64,000 bases of DNA from Alphaproteobacteria bacterium MarineAlpha9_Bin6 (lineage in GTDB: Bacteria; Pseudomonadota; Alphaproteobacteria; UBA7887), in NCBI GenBank assembly GCA_002937585.1, contig PTKE01000002.1, positions 912 through 64,911 of the forward strand. The letters are read 5' to 3'. The notes below the pieces were generated by a model. That model was not told where the DNA came from. It worked only from the letters and a program-made list of their open reading frames with translations, and did no database searches. The translations under genes were made by a program, and so were the position numbers. Shown piece after piece: positions 51,482 to 63,678 of this stretch (its first letter is position 1; each line of letters starts with the position of its first letter).

Positions 51482-51548
51482 CCTGTCTGGGCCAATATCC
51501 TGTCTGGGTCAATATCCTGTCTAGGGCAATGTACTGGCTGGGTTCACG
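51482..51548. repeat. tandem direct repeat, about 3.5 copies of a 16-18 nt unit (CAATATCCTGTCTGGG)
   Basis: Seen directly: aCCTGTCTGGG, CCAATATCCTGTCTGGG, TCAATATCCTGTCTAGGG, CAATGTACTGGCTGGG. The repeats begin 13 nt upstream of the mrp start codon and lie about 110-170 nt upstream of hflK. Confidence 0.6.
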
Positions 51549-51655
51549 CTTTGGCGGGCTAAACTTACCGACGTTGACTGAATTTTTTGTTTCGTTGTTA
51601 GACGCCAGCACGCTAGCATGGCTTCATGACACGACTGATCAAAGGAACATAACCG

Positions 51656-52804
51656 ATGCCGTGGACCAATCAAGGTAATGGTGGGCCCTGGGGCCCACGC
51701 GGTAGCAACGGTGGCGATGGCGGCACCGGCGATGATGATGGAGGTTCATGGGGACGCCGCGGTCCTGGCGGTGGATCTCAAGGCCCGGACATCGAGGATC
51801 TTTTGCGTCGCGGCCAGGATAGGATTCGCGGTTTTTTGCCGGGGAATTTTGGTGGCAAGGGCATCTCTCTTGTCTTGCTAATACTGTTAGCACTCTGGCT
51901 TGGCTCCGGGTTCTATACTATCGCTCCGGAAGAGCAGGGCGTGGTACTGCGCTTTGGGGAGTTTTACAAGACTACTCAGCCCGGCCTTAACTACCACTTT
52001 CCCTACCCGATCGAAACTGTGATCAAGGTGGCGGTATTGACAGTGCGCCGAGTTGAGATTGGCTTCCGCACTGGCTCTGAAAGGACGAGAACCCCCACCC
52101 GTAACATTGATGATGAGAGCTTGATGCTTACCGGTGACGAGAACATTATCGACGTCAATTTTGTAGTTCAATGGGCGCTGAAGGATGCCGCAGCCTTTAC
52201 GTTCAATATTCGCAACTCCGCCCAGACGGTTAAGGATGCCGCCGAAAGCGCTATGCGGGAAGTGATAGGAAAATCTAATATCGCCGCGGCGTTGGCCGAG
52301 GAAAGAGAACGTGTTGCGAATGACACTCAAGATTTGCTGCAGGGTGTGCTCGACGACTACGAAACTGGCATCTTGGTGACAGAGTTGCTGTTACAACGTG
52401 CCGATCCTCCGCCGGCGGTGATTGAGTCTTACCGCGATGTTCAACGGGCAAAGGCGGATCAGGAGCGTCTAATCAATGAGGCAGACGCGTTTAAAAACCG
52501 CGTTGTGCCGGAAGCCAATGGTCAGGCCGCTCAGCTTCGTGCGGAGGCGGAGGCGTACAAGGAGCAAGTGGTAGCACGCGCCGAGGGAGCGGCTCAGCGT
52601 TTTATTGCCGTTTACGACGTATATAGTGGGGCTCGTGAAGTTACCAAACAACGCATTTACCTTGAGACCATGGAAGATGTGTTTCGAGATATGAACAAGG
52701 TGATAATCGATACTGGTCAGAGTGGGCCTGGCGTAGTGCCGTATTTACCACTTCCAGAAATACAAAAACGTGCGACGACACGTGAGACTGCGGGAGAACG
52801 ATAA
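51656..52804 (+). CDS. hflK: FtsH protease modulator HflK
   Basis: 382-aa ORF with a Gly/Asp-rich N-terminal tail, a TM helix and an SPFH/band-7 domain. Sits directly upstream of hflC. Confidence 0.85.
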   Translation: MPWTNQGNGGPWGPRGSNGGDGGTGDDDGGSWGRRGPGGGSQGPDIEDLLRRGQDRIRGFLPGNFGGKGISLVLLILLALWLGSGFYTIAPEEQGVVLRFGEFYKTTQPGLNYHFPYPIETVIKVAVLTVRRVEIGFRTGSERTRTPTRNIDDESLMLTGDENIIDVNFVVQWALKDAAAFTFNIRNSAQTVKDAAESAMREVIGKSNIAAALAEERERVANDTQDLLQGVLDDYETGILVTELLLQRADPPPAVIESYRDVQRAKADQERLINEADAFKNRVVPEANGQAAQLRAEAEAYKEQVVARAEGAAQRFIAVYDVYSGAREVTKQRIYLETMEDVFRDMNKVIIDTGQSGPGVVPYLPLPEIQKRATTRETAGER

Positions 52805-53685
52805 TGAGCGGACGTATCTCTGTAATAGCCATTATCTTAGTCGTAGCTGCGGTGTTTGCGACGCTTAGTGCGGCATTCATTGTCGATCAACGTGAGCAGG
52901 CTTTGGTCCTCCAGTTTGGTGACCCAATACGGATAATTCGGGAGCCAGGTCTCAATTTTAAATTGCCATTTATTCAACAAGTGGTTCGTTTCGATAAACG
53001 TTTACTCGATTACGACAATGCGCCAGAAGAGGTGATTGCGTCGGATCAGAAACGTCTCGTAGTAGATGCTTTTGCTCGTTATCACATTGTTGATCCGCTT
53101 AAATTCTATCAAACGGTGGGAACCGAGCTTGCACTTAGGCCACGTCTTGGCTCGGTGATTAATTCGACTCTTAGACAGGTGCTAGGCACCGAGCCGCTGC
53201 AAGAAGTGGTATCTGAAAAACGCGGTGATTTGATGATGCGGATTCGCGACCTCGTTCGCGTAGAGGCGAGTGCCTTTGGCATTAGGGTTGAGGATGTGAG
53301 AATCAAACGCGCAGACTTGCCCGTCGCGAACTCTGAGGCGATCTATCGACGTATGCAGACCGAACGTCAGCAAGAGGCCGCTGAGCTGCGCGCTAAAGGC
53401 GCTGAGGAGGCGCAAAAGATACGTGCTGAGGCCAATCGCCAGAAGGTAGTGATTGTGGCACACGCCGAGCGAGACTCTCAAATTCTGCGTGGCGATGGTG
53501 AGGGGGAGATGAATAGGATTTTCGCGGACGCATTTGGCCGCGATCCTGAATTCTTTTCCTTTTACCGATCAATGCAAGCTTATCAGGAGGCGCTTTCAGG
53601 CGATGACACCACAATGGTGTTATCACCGGATAGCGATTTTTTCCGCTATTTTGGTGCTCATAGCGGTGATCCTTCAAATAAATGA
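52804..53685 (+). CDS. hflC: FtsH protease modulator HflC
   Basis: 293-aa ORF with an N-terminal TM and an SPFH domain. Its ATG overlaps the hflK stop (ATAATGA). Confidence 0.85.
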   Translation: MSGRISVIAIILVVAAVFATLSAAFIVDQREQALVLQFGDPIRIIREPGLNFKLPFIQQVVRFDKRLLDYDNAPEEVIASDQKRLVVDAFARYHIVDPLKFYQTVGTELALRPRLGSVINSTLRQVLGTEPLQEVVSEKRGDLMMRIRDLVRVEASAFGIRVEDVRIKRADLPVANSEAIYRRMQTERQQEAAELRAKGAEEAQKIRAEANRQKVVIVAHAERDSQILRGDGEGEMNRIFADAFGRDPEFFSFYRSMQAYQEALSGDDTTMVLSPDSDFFRYFGAHSGDPSNK

Positions 53686-53724
53686 TGACGGGAATTTACG
53701 TCCGTTAACCGGCCGGAAAACATA

Positions 53725-53913
53725 TTGTTTGTCGATATAATCACTGTATTCGCCTTGGTGTTGGTCTTTGAGGGTGTCGTCTACACTTTGTTTCCGTCGC
53801 AAATGAAAAATTTCATGGGCCGCATGATGGATATGCCGACGTCGTTATTACGGAATTCGGGTCTCGTCGCTGCCGTGGCAGGCGTTCTTTTGGTTTGGTT
53901 AATCCGCGGATAG
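53725..53913 (+). CDS. DUF2065 family small membrane protein
   Basis: 62-aa two-TM protein (VFALVLVFEGVVYTLFP ... GLVAAVAGVLLVWL) in the conserved position after hflC. A TTG start is inferred, as there is no in-frame ATG upstream. Confidence 0.5.
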   Translation: MFVDIITVFALVLVFEGVVYTLFPSQMKNFMGRMMDMPTSLLRNSGLVAAVAGVLLVWLIRG

Positions 53914-54223
53914 CGTATGGCCCCTTCGCTTGGATGAGTGTTTACAAAAGATCCATACGCAAACTACGGAGCAGCAAGCGATGGGAGTTAACACGGGTTT
54001 CACAAAACTAGGGATATCAGTGCCTGACCGTTTCGCTTGAAAAGCTCAAGGCAAGTTACTAAGTAATCGGAAATCAAAATCTATGGGCAACCAAAAATTG
54101 TTCGGTGACCAGGGCGATTTAGCGTGGGAGGATTGCCAAGTGCGACAGAAAATTGCGGTGAACGTTGATGGGTGCCACTCTGGGACCGAATCGCTCCTTT
54201 CATTAGACAGCTGGTTGTCCTTG

Positions 54224-55675
54224 ATGCAACTCTGTCGCCGTGGAGTAGTGGTCGCGTTCTTCTTGTCATTGGTCTGGACCTCAGCCGTAGCAGCGGATTC
54301 TGCGCCACCAGATTTTTCCGATCTCTCCGAGCGGTTATTGCCAGCGGTGGTGAATATCGCGACGACCCAGGACGTGCAGTCTGGTTCTGGGCAACCAGCT
54401 CCGCAATTCCCCCCTGGTTCGCCATTTGAAGAGTTTTTCAAAGATTTTTTTGAAAAGCGAGGAGAGAAGCCACGTGAACGAGAGTCAGGCCCTCGGCCCA
54501 GATCTCTCGGCTCTGGATTCGTGATTAGTTCAGATGGTTATATTGTTACAAATAACCACGTTATTGCTGGTGCTGCAGAGGTCGTGGTAACTTTTGCCAA
54601 TGATATTACCTTGAAGGCCACAATCGTTGGGCGTGATCCTAAGACTGACTTAGCCTTGCTGAAGGTTGAGCCTGAACACTCACTGACATCCATCGAGTGG
54701 GGTGATTCGGATGCGGCTCGGGTCGGCAATTGGGTGTTGGCGATCGGCAATCCCTTTGGTTTGGGGAACACAGTGACAGCGGGCATTATTTCTGCGCGTG
54801 CACGGGATATAAATGCCGGTCCATTCGACGATTTTCTGCAGACTGATGCCGCGATCAATAGAGGTAATTCAGGCGGTCCGCTTTTTAATCTTCAAGGGCG
54901 AGTTGTAGGAATCAACACTGCGATCTATTCGCCGTCTGGCGGCAGTGTAGGGATCGGTTTCTCTGTTCCGTCCAACTTGGCAAAGAATGTGGTTCACCAG
55001 CTTCGTGATTACGGTGAAACTCGACGTGGTTGGCTTGGCGTCCGGATACAAACCGTGACCGATGATCTGGCAGAGAGCCTAAATCTCGACACAGCTTCTG
55101 GCGCCTTGATTGCTAGCGTGTCTCCCGATAGCCCGGCGAGTGCGGCAGGCCTTAAAGTCGGAGATGTTATCCTATCTTTCGATGGTAAATCGGTGAACAC
55201 AATGCGCCGGCTTCCGCGAATTGTCGCTGAGACCGAGATTGACAAGCCGGTCCAGGTCGAACTTTGGAGGGAAGGCGAAACAATCACTGTCGGTGTGGTT
55301 GTGGGGCTTTTGGATGAGGGTGAATTAGAGGTCGCATCGGCGAGACCAAAGGCTGATGAACCTGTGGTTGAAGAGGTTCCTTCATTGGGACTAACGGTTT
55401 CTAGCCTGACGCAAGAGCTCCGTCAGCAGTTTGAACTCGGGGATACGGCCAACGGCGTAATGGTGGTGCGTGTCCATGGTGGGGGTGGTGCTGCCGAAAA
55501 AGGTATTCAGCCCGGCGATTTGATCGTAGAAGTCGGCCAGGAAGAAGTATCGAGTCCATCGGACGTGATTGATAAAATCGGTAAAGAAAAAGCGCAAAAT
55601 AAGAGTACAGTTCTACTTCTTTTAGACCGCCAAGGAGACTTACAGTTTGTCGCGGTTCGCATATCCGACAGTTAA
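54224..55675 (+). CDS. degP: periplasmic serine endoprotease DegP/HtrA (Do family)
   Basis: Signal peptide from the Met at 54224, a trypsin-like domain with the catalytic triad context (TNNHVI, D, GNSGGPL), and two PDZ domains. The ORF track begins upstream at 54083. Confidence 0.85.
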   Translation: MQLCRRGVVVAFFLSLVWTSAVAADSAPPDFSDLSERLLPAVVNIATTQDVQSGSGQPAPQFPPGSPFEEFFKDFFEKRGEKPRERESGPRPRSLGSGFVISSDGYIVTNNHVIAGAAEVVVTFANDITLKATIVGRDPKTDLALLKVEPEHSLTSIEWGDSDAARVGNWVLAIGNPFGLGNTVTAGIISARARDINAGPFDDFLQTDAAINRGNSGGPLFNLQGRVVGINTAIYSPSGGSVGIGFSVPSNLAKNVVHQLRDYGETRRGWLGVRIQTVTDDLAESLNLDTASGALIASVSPDSPASAAGLKVGDVILSFDGKSVNTMRRLPRIVAETEIDKPVQVELWREGETITVGVVVGLLDEGELEVASARPKADEPVVEEVPSLGLTVSSLTQELRQQFELGDTANGVMVVRVHGGGGAAEKGIQPGDLIVEVGQEEVSSPSDVIDKIGKEKAQNKSTVLLLLDRQGDLQFVAVRISDS

Positions 55676-55737
55676 CCGAATCAGCTTTGGGGTGGGACTA
55701 GCATCATCGGATTTGTGATGGGGCTACTACTTTTGCT

Positions 55738-56727
55738 ATGACGATCGGTCCGGTGATTATCGTGGCGGGGCCGACCGCGAGCGGTAAATCGGGTCTAGGA
55801 CTTGAATTGGCAAGGCGTTTCGGAGGTGTGGTTGTCAATGCTGACAGCCTACAAGTGTATCGCGAACTCCGGATTTTGACCGCCCGTCCTGACGCAAAAG
55901 CTGAAGCAGCAATCTCTCATCGCCTCTATGGCATGGTTCCTGTTTCCGAGAGATTTTCGGTTGGGCAGTGGCTCACTATGGCACAGCGCGAAATCAACTC
56001 GGTCCATAAGGCGGGCGGTCTGCCGATATTTGTCGGCGGCACTGGACTATATATTCGTTCTCTGATTACTGGAATTGCGCATATTCCAGAAGTTTCAGCT
56101 GCCGTGCGGCGTGAAGCTACCAAACTTTACCAGCAACTTGGTGGGGTAACGTTTAGAGCACGTCTTGCTGCACGAGATCCTAAGACCGCAGCACGTTTGC
56201 AAGATGGCGATAAACAACGTTTGATTCGTGCATGGGAAGTATTGGAGGCCACTGGAAGACCAATTAGCGAATGGCAGTCAGGCAAGAGTTTAGGAGGGCT
56301 CAAGTCACCTTTCTTCGTGTTAGCGATAATGCCCCCGCGCGCCAAACTATACCGGGAGTGTGATTTGCGATTTGAAAGCATGTTGCGTGCTGGTGCACTT
56401 GAAGAGGTTGCGTCTCTGGAAAGGCTTGGTCTCGACCCTTCCTTACCCGCAATGAAGGCGCTAGGGGTGCCGGCCCTCTTCAGCCATTTGCGAGGTGACT
56501 TATCGCTGGACGATACGCGCCAAATAGTTTGTCAAGCGATCCGCAATTATGCCAAACGTCAATACACTTGGTTCCGTAATCAACTTACCGCCGACATTGA
56601 AGTGGCAGATCTGACGATTTCCCAACGGGATGTAACCGACGCCCTCAGTCGCTTTCTATTGACGACGTCGCAGCAAAGAACTAGCGTCGCGCCCTTTCCA
56701 GCCACCTCCAGCGTTGGTAAGAGTTGA
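55738..56727 (+). CDS. miaA: tRNA dimethylallyltransferase
   Basis: P-loop IIVAGPTASGKS and the overall pattern of the IPP transferase family. Confidence 0.85.
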   Translation: MTIGPVIIVAGPTASGKSGLGLELARRFGGVVVNADSLQVYRELRILTARPDAKAEAAISHRLYGMVPVSERFSVGQWLTMAQREINSVHKAGGLPIFVGGTGLYIRSLITGIAHIPEVSAAVRREATKLYQQLGGVTFRARLAARDPKTAARLQDGDKQRLIRAWEVLEATGRPISEWQSGKSLGGLKSPFFVLAIMPPRAKLYRECDLRFESMLRAGALEEVASLERLGLDPSLPAMKALGVPALFSHLRGDLSLDDTRQIVCQAIRNYAKRQYTWFRNQLTADIEVADLTISQRDVTDALSRFLLTTSQQRTSVAPFPATSSVGKS

Positions 56728-56763
56728 AGGGCCGGAGCGACTAGCTTCGGCGTTAGGGGTTTC

Positions 56764-58515
56764 GTGATGCGTCTGACCGGCAGCGAAGTCGTTGTAAGAA
56801 GCCTGGTGGATCAGGGGGTTGATGTTGTGTTCGGATATCCCGGCGGCGCTGTGTTGCCGATTTACGACGCTATTTTTCAACAGAATGAGCTTCGCCATAT
56901 TTTAGTGCGGCACGAACAGGCGGCGGTCCATGCAGCGGAAGGGTATGCTCGCTCAACGGGAAAGGTGGGCGTTGTACTTGTTACATCTGGTCCGGGGGCT
57001 ACTAACGCGGTTACTGGTCTCACGGATGCCCTAATGGATTCGATTCCGGTGGTGTGTCTTACGGGTCAAGTGCCAACGCATTTGATCGGCAATGATGCCT
57101 TTCAGGAGGCGGATACGGTCGGCATTACGCGGCCATGTACCAAACACAATTATTTGGTCAAGGATGTAGATAAACTTTCTTATACCATCTCTGAAGCGTT
57201 TTATGTAGCGCGCAGTGGTCGACCTGGTCCAGTAGTGGTTGATCTGCCCAAGGATATTGTGAACGAGGAAACGAATTATGAGAAGCTCGGGAAAATTGAA
57301 CACCGGAGTTACCGCCCGGTCACTCGCGCCGAGCCGCACGCGATCAAGGAGGCCGTATCGCTGTTGGAAGGAGCAGAGCGCCCCATTATTTATTCGGGGG
57401 GGGGAGTAATTAATTCCGGCAACCGAGCCAGTAAATTACTTAAGAAATTTGCTCACGAAACCGGGTTCCCAGTTACCAACACCCTCATGGGGCTCGGAGG
57501 ATTTCCTGGCAACGACCCTCAGTTCATAGGGATGCTAGGTATGCATGGGACCTATGAAGCGAATATGGCCATGCATGACTGTGACGTGATGTTCGCGGTG
57601 GGCGCCCGTTTCGATGATCGAGTCACGGGACGCCTTTCTGATTTTGCGCCAACCGCGAAAAAAATTCAGATAGATATCGATCGGTCTTCAATCAATAAGA
57701 ATGTGTTTGTAGACATTCCTTTGGTGGGAGATGTGGCTAACGTCCTAGAAGATATACAGGCTGTTTGGAAACAGGAAAAAAGGTCTTCCAATAAAAAGGC
57801 GGTTAAAAGTTGGTGGGAGCAAATTGATTGCTGGCGAGAGGTCAACTGTCTCAAGTACGAACAATCTTTGAATTCTATTAAGCCACAATACGCATTGCAG
57901 CGATTGCATGAGATAACTAAGGATCTGGATGTCTACATCACCACTGAGGTTGGTCAACATCAGATGTGGGCAGCGCAATTCTTTCGTTTTGATGAGCCAC
58001 GCCGATGGATGACTTCTGGAGGTCTTGGCACCATGGGTTACGGTTTTCCGGCAGCGACGGGAGTGCAAATCGCACATCCGAACTCGTTGGTCATTGATAT
58101 TGCGGGTGAAGCCTCGTTTTTGATGAACATGCAGGAGCTCTCGACGGTTAAGCAGTACCGGCTACCGGTCAAAGTGTTCATCATAAACAACGAATATATG
58201 GGGATGGTACGCCAGTGGCAGGAATTCTTTCACGGTGGTCGCTACGCAGAAAGCTATACTGACTCTCTTCCCGATTTCGTGGCACTGGCTGAGTCCTACG
58301 GCATGAAGGGATTGCGGGCAACTAAACCAGATCAAGTTGATGATCTTATAAAAGAAATGATTGCTCATGATGGCCCTGTTATCGCCGACGTACAGGTAGA
58401 AAAAATGGAAAACGTCTTTCCAATGATTCCGGCGGGTGCCGGTCACCATGAGATGAAATTGGGATCGGACGATAATGTCCCGCTGCGCACCGAAGAGGGG
58501 ATGGTCTTAGTATAG
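56764..58515 (+). CDS. ilvB: acetolactate synthase (acetohydroxy-acid synthase) large subunit
   Basis: 583-aa ORF with the biosynthetic AHAS pattern VFGYPGGAVLPIYDA, HEQAAVHAAEGYARSTGKVGVVLVTSGPGATN and the TPP motif. Confidence 0.9.
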   Translation: MMRLTGSEVVVRSLVDQGVDVVFGYPGGAVLPIYDAIFQQNELRHILVRHEQAAVHAAEGYARSTGKVGVVLVTSGPGATNAVTGLTDALMDSIPVVCLTGQVPTHLIGNDAFQEADTVGITRPCTKHNYLVKDVDKLSYTISEAFYVARSGRPGPVVVDLPKDIVNEETNYEKLGKIEHRSYRPVTRAEPHAIKEAVSLLEGAERPIIYSGGGVINSGNRASKLLKKFAHETGFPVTNTLMGLGGFPGNDPQFIGMLGMHGTYEANMAMHDCDVMFAVGARFDDRVTGRLSDFAPTAKKIQIDIDRSSINKNVFVDIPLVGDVANVLEDIQAVWKQEKRSSNKKAVKSWWEQIDCWREVNCLKYEQSLNSIKPQYALQRLHEITKDLDVYITTEVGQHQMWAAQFFRFDEPRRWMTSGGLGTMGYGFPAATGVQIAHPNSLVIDIAGEASFLMNMQELSTVKQYRLPVKVFIINNEYMGMVRQWQEFFHGGRYAESYTDSLPDFVALAESYGMKGLRATKPDQVDDLIKEMIAHDGPVIADVQVEKMENVFPMIPAGAGHHEMKLGSDDNVPLRTEEGMVLV

Positions 58516-58841
58516 ACGTTAGAGTGATTTAAGCTGCTGCATTATGGGATCGCTAAGCCATCTATCGGTTGGACAATAATGATTGTGGCAAGCTATCGCA
58601 CTGGGCTTTGTCCACTGGTCGCGTTACCAACGGTCGTAGTCAGTTTAGGATTTTAGCCGGTCAAAATTGATTGGCCTGGTCGCGGATAGTGCTGGATTTC
58701 TCCCTGTGATGTTGCGCTTTTATTAAGAGTCTCGGAGAATTGGGGCCCTGCGCTTTACAAGCTCTGCCAACTCGTTAGAGTGCGCGCCCGCCGGCTCCAC
58801 TAACGAGCAGCTTGAATTTTGCGTTGGGCCTGGGGGTAAAA

Positions 58842-60406
<1,565 letters not shown>

Positions 60407-60856
60407 TAGCCTTACCTTTTTTGTTGCGTCACCGTTGTGGCTAGGTCGCCAACTTCCCAAGGGTCCAAACTAGAAAACCAATAAATTGTTGCCTGGGCGG
60501 GCGAAAAGGGCGTAAACATTAACCTGAGATCTGCCTTTCGAAAGCCTTTTGTGACAAAGGGTTAGGCCTTTTGGCTGGAGGTATGATCGGGATCGCGTGT
60601 GGGCCCGTCTGAGGGTTCGCGAGCGGACGGAACGCGGAGAGTTCCTGTGCCATGACCGCGTATCGGTTTTCCAGTTGTTCATTTTGTGCCGCGAGGGTGT
60701 GGCATATGCACGGTGACGTTGGCGTTACGGCATCCGCAATGGGGCGATGGCAGGGTGGTCATTGGCGACTTAGCCACCCCTGAGCGGGAACTTGACTATT
60801 TGCTCAGGGGTACATCACGACTTAATTAAGCCCCATCGCCGGAAGTGAGTTTAGCA

Positions 60857-62446
60857 ATGAGCGACAATCGTCAAGATGTAGTAGAAAAAGCGCAGACGTC
60901 CCCCATAGAGCAGGAACGTATTGTTATTTTTGATACAACAATGCGCGATGGTGAACAATCGCCAGGTGCGTCGATGTCGCTCGAGGAAAAACTCGAAATA
61001 GCAACTGTACTCGAAGAAATGGGTGTCGATGTAATTGAAGCTGGGTTCGCCATCGCGTCAAAGGGCGACTTTGAGGCGATTACCGAAGTATCCAAGGTGA
61101 TAAAGAATTCAGTGATATGCAGCTTGGCGCGCTCCGGATTTAAAGATATTGACCGAGCTAACGAAGCTCTAGTGCATGCCCGCCGCAAACGTATACACAC
61201 TTTTATTGCGACTAGTCCACTGCACATGCGGCATAAACTACAAATGGATCCTGATGACGTGCATCAGGCAGTAGCGGATAGTGTCAGTCGCGCGCGGAAT
61301 TATTGTGATGATGTGGAGTGGAGTCCAGAAGACGGCACACGCACGAATCGTGATTTCCTTTGCCGAACCGTCGAAACCGCGATCAAATGCGGTGCTCGGA
61401 CGATCAATATCCCGGACACGGTTGGATATACCATGCCGGACGAGTTTACTGCATTAATAAAAATGCTACGGGATCGTGTACCCAATATCGATAAAGCGAC
61501 GTTATCGGTCCATTGCCATAACGATTTAGGGATGGCGGTGGCTAATTCACTGGCGGCGGTTAAGGCTGGTGCGCGCCAGATTGAATGTACGATAAACGGG
61601 CTAGGTGAACGTGCTGGTAATGCGGCAATGGAGGAAATCGTAATGGCGCTCCGTACGAGAAATGACCTGCTGCCGTATGAAACTAACATTCGTACTGAAA
61701 ACATCATGAAAGCGTCACGTTTGGTGTCGGCTGTTACGGGTTTTGTGGTTCAACCCAATAAAGCGGTCGTCGGCGCCAACGCCTTTGCGCATGAAGCTGG
61801 CATACATCAAGACGGTATGTTGAAACATTCCGGGACCTACGAAATCATGACTCCGGAATCGGTTGGTCTTAGCAAATCAACTTTGGTGATGGGTAAGCAC
61901 TCGGGACGACACGCATTTAAAACTAAGCTAAGTGAGCTGGGTTATAATCTTGGCGATAATGCCCTTAATGATGCGTTTGGTCGGTTTAAGGATCTTGCGG
62001 ACAAGAAAAAGGAAGTGTTTGATGAAGACTTGATTGCTTTAGTTGATGATGCTGTGGCGCGTCGTAACGAGCGCATTCGCGTGACCAAACTACATCTGAC
62101 TTGCGGTATTGGGGTTCGTCCAAGTGCCAAACTCGAACTAGAGATTGATGGTGAACGTAACTCGGCCACAGCGGATGGAGATGGTCCTGTCGACGCGGTA
62201 TTCCGGTGCATTGGAAAGTTGTTTCCTCATCAGGCTGGGCTGCAACTGTTCCAAATTCAGGCTGTTACGGAGGGTACTGATGCTCAAGCGGACGTTATAG
62301 TCCGTCTAGAGGAGAACGGTCGGTCGGTAAACGGCCACGGGGCAGATACCGACACGATGGTTGCGAGTGCTCGGGCATATGTTAATGCACTTAATAAACT
62401 ACTTGTTAAACGGGAGAAGACCGCACCAGCAGCACTTTCCGCTTGA
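60857..62446 (+). CDS. leuA: 2-isopropylmalate synthase
   Basis: DRE-TIM metallolyase domain (IFDTTMRDGEQSPG, HCHNDLGMAVAN) and a C-terminal LeuA dimerisation/regulatory domain. The ATG at 60857 follows a GGAAGTGAG Shine-Dalgarno, and the ORF track starts at the GTG at 60845. Confidence 0.85.
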   Translation: MSDNRQDVVEKAQTSPIEQERIVIFDTTMRDGEQSPGASMSLEEKLEIATVLEEMGVDVIEAGFAIASKGDFEAITEVSKVIKNSVICSLARSGFKDIDRANEALVHARRKRIHTFIATSPLHMRHKLQMDPDDVHQAVADSVSRARNYCDDVEWSPEDGTRTNRDFLCRTVETAIKCGARTINIPDTVGYTMPDEFTALIKMLRDRVPNIDKATLSVHCHNDLGMAVANSLAAVKAGARQIECTINGLGERAGNAAMEEIVMALRTRNDLLPYETNIRTENIMKASRLVSAVTGFVVQPNKAVVGANAFAHEAGIHQDGMLKHSGTYEIMTPESVGLSKSTLVMGKHSGRHAFKTKLSELGYNLGDNALNDAFGRFKDLADKKKEVFDEDLIALVDDAVARRNERIRVTKLHLTCGIGVRPSAKLELEIDGERNSATADGDGPVDAVFRCIGKLFPHQAGLQLFQIQAVTEGTDAQADVIVRLEENGRSVNGHGADTDTMVASARAYVNALNKLLVKREKTAPAALSA

Positions 62447-62550
62447 GCGATGATGCACTGGATAAAATGGTTCTAGGGTTCTACCGTTGAAGTGACGCCG
62501 CTGGGTTTAGAATTGCTAGGCAACGAGCGTACAGAATGAACTTTGATTGA

Positions 62551-63606
<1,056 letters not shown>

Positions 63607-63678
63607 TTTATACGGGGTTATATAAATCGGAGCCATTGTGATCAGATAGATGATTAGCCGAGTGAATTAACTGGAGTC

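Noticed and set aside
51482-51548. Possible CRISPR array
   Set aside because: There are only about 3 contiguous imperfect repeats of 16-18 nt with no spacers and no cas genes anywhere in the window. This is a tandem direct repeat, not a CRISPR.
60470-60682. 70-aa minus-strand ORF upstream of leuA
   Set aside because: It is Arg-rich and low complexity, and it is antisense to the region that carries the plus-strand hairpin and uORF. It is probably spurious.
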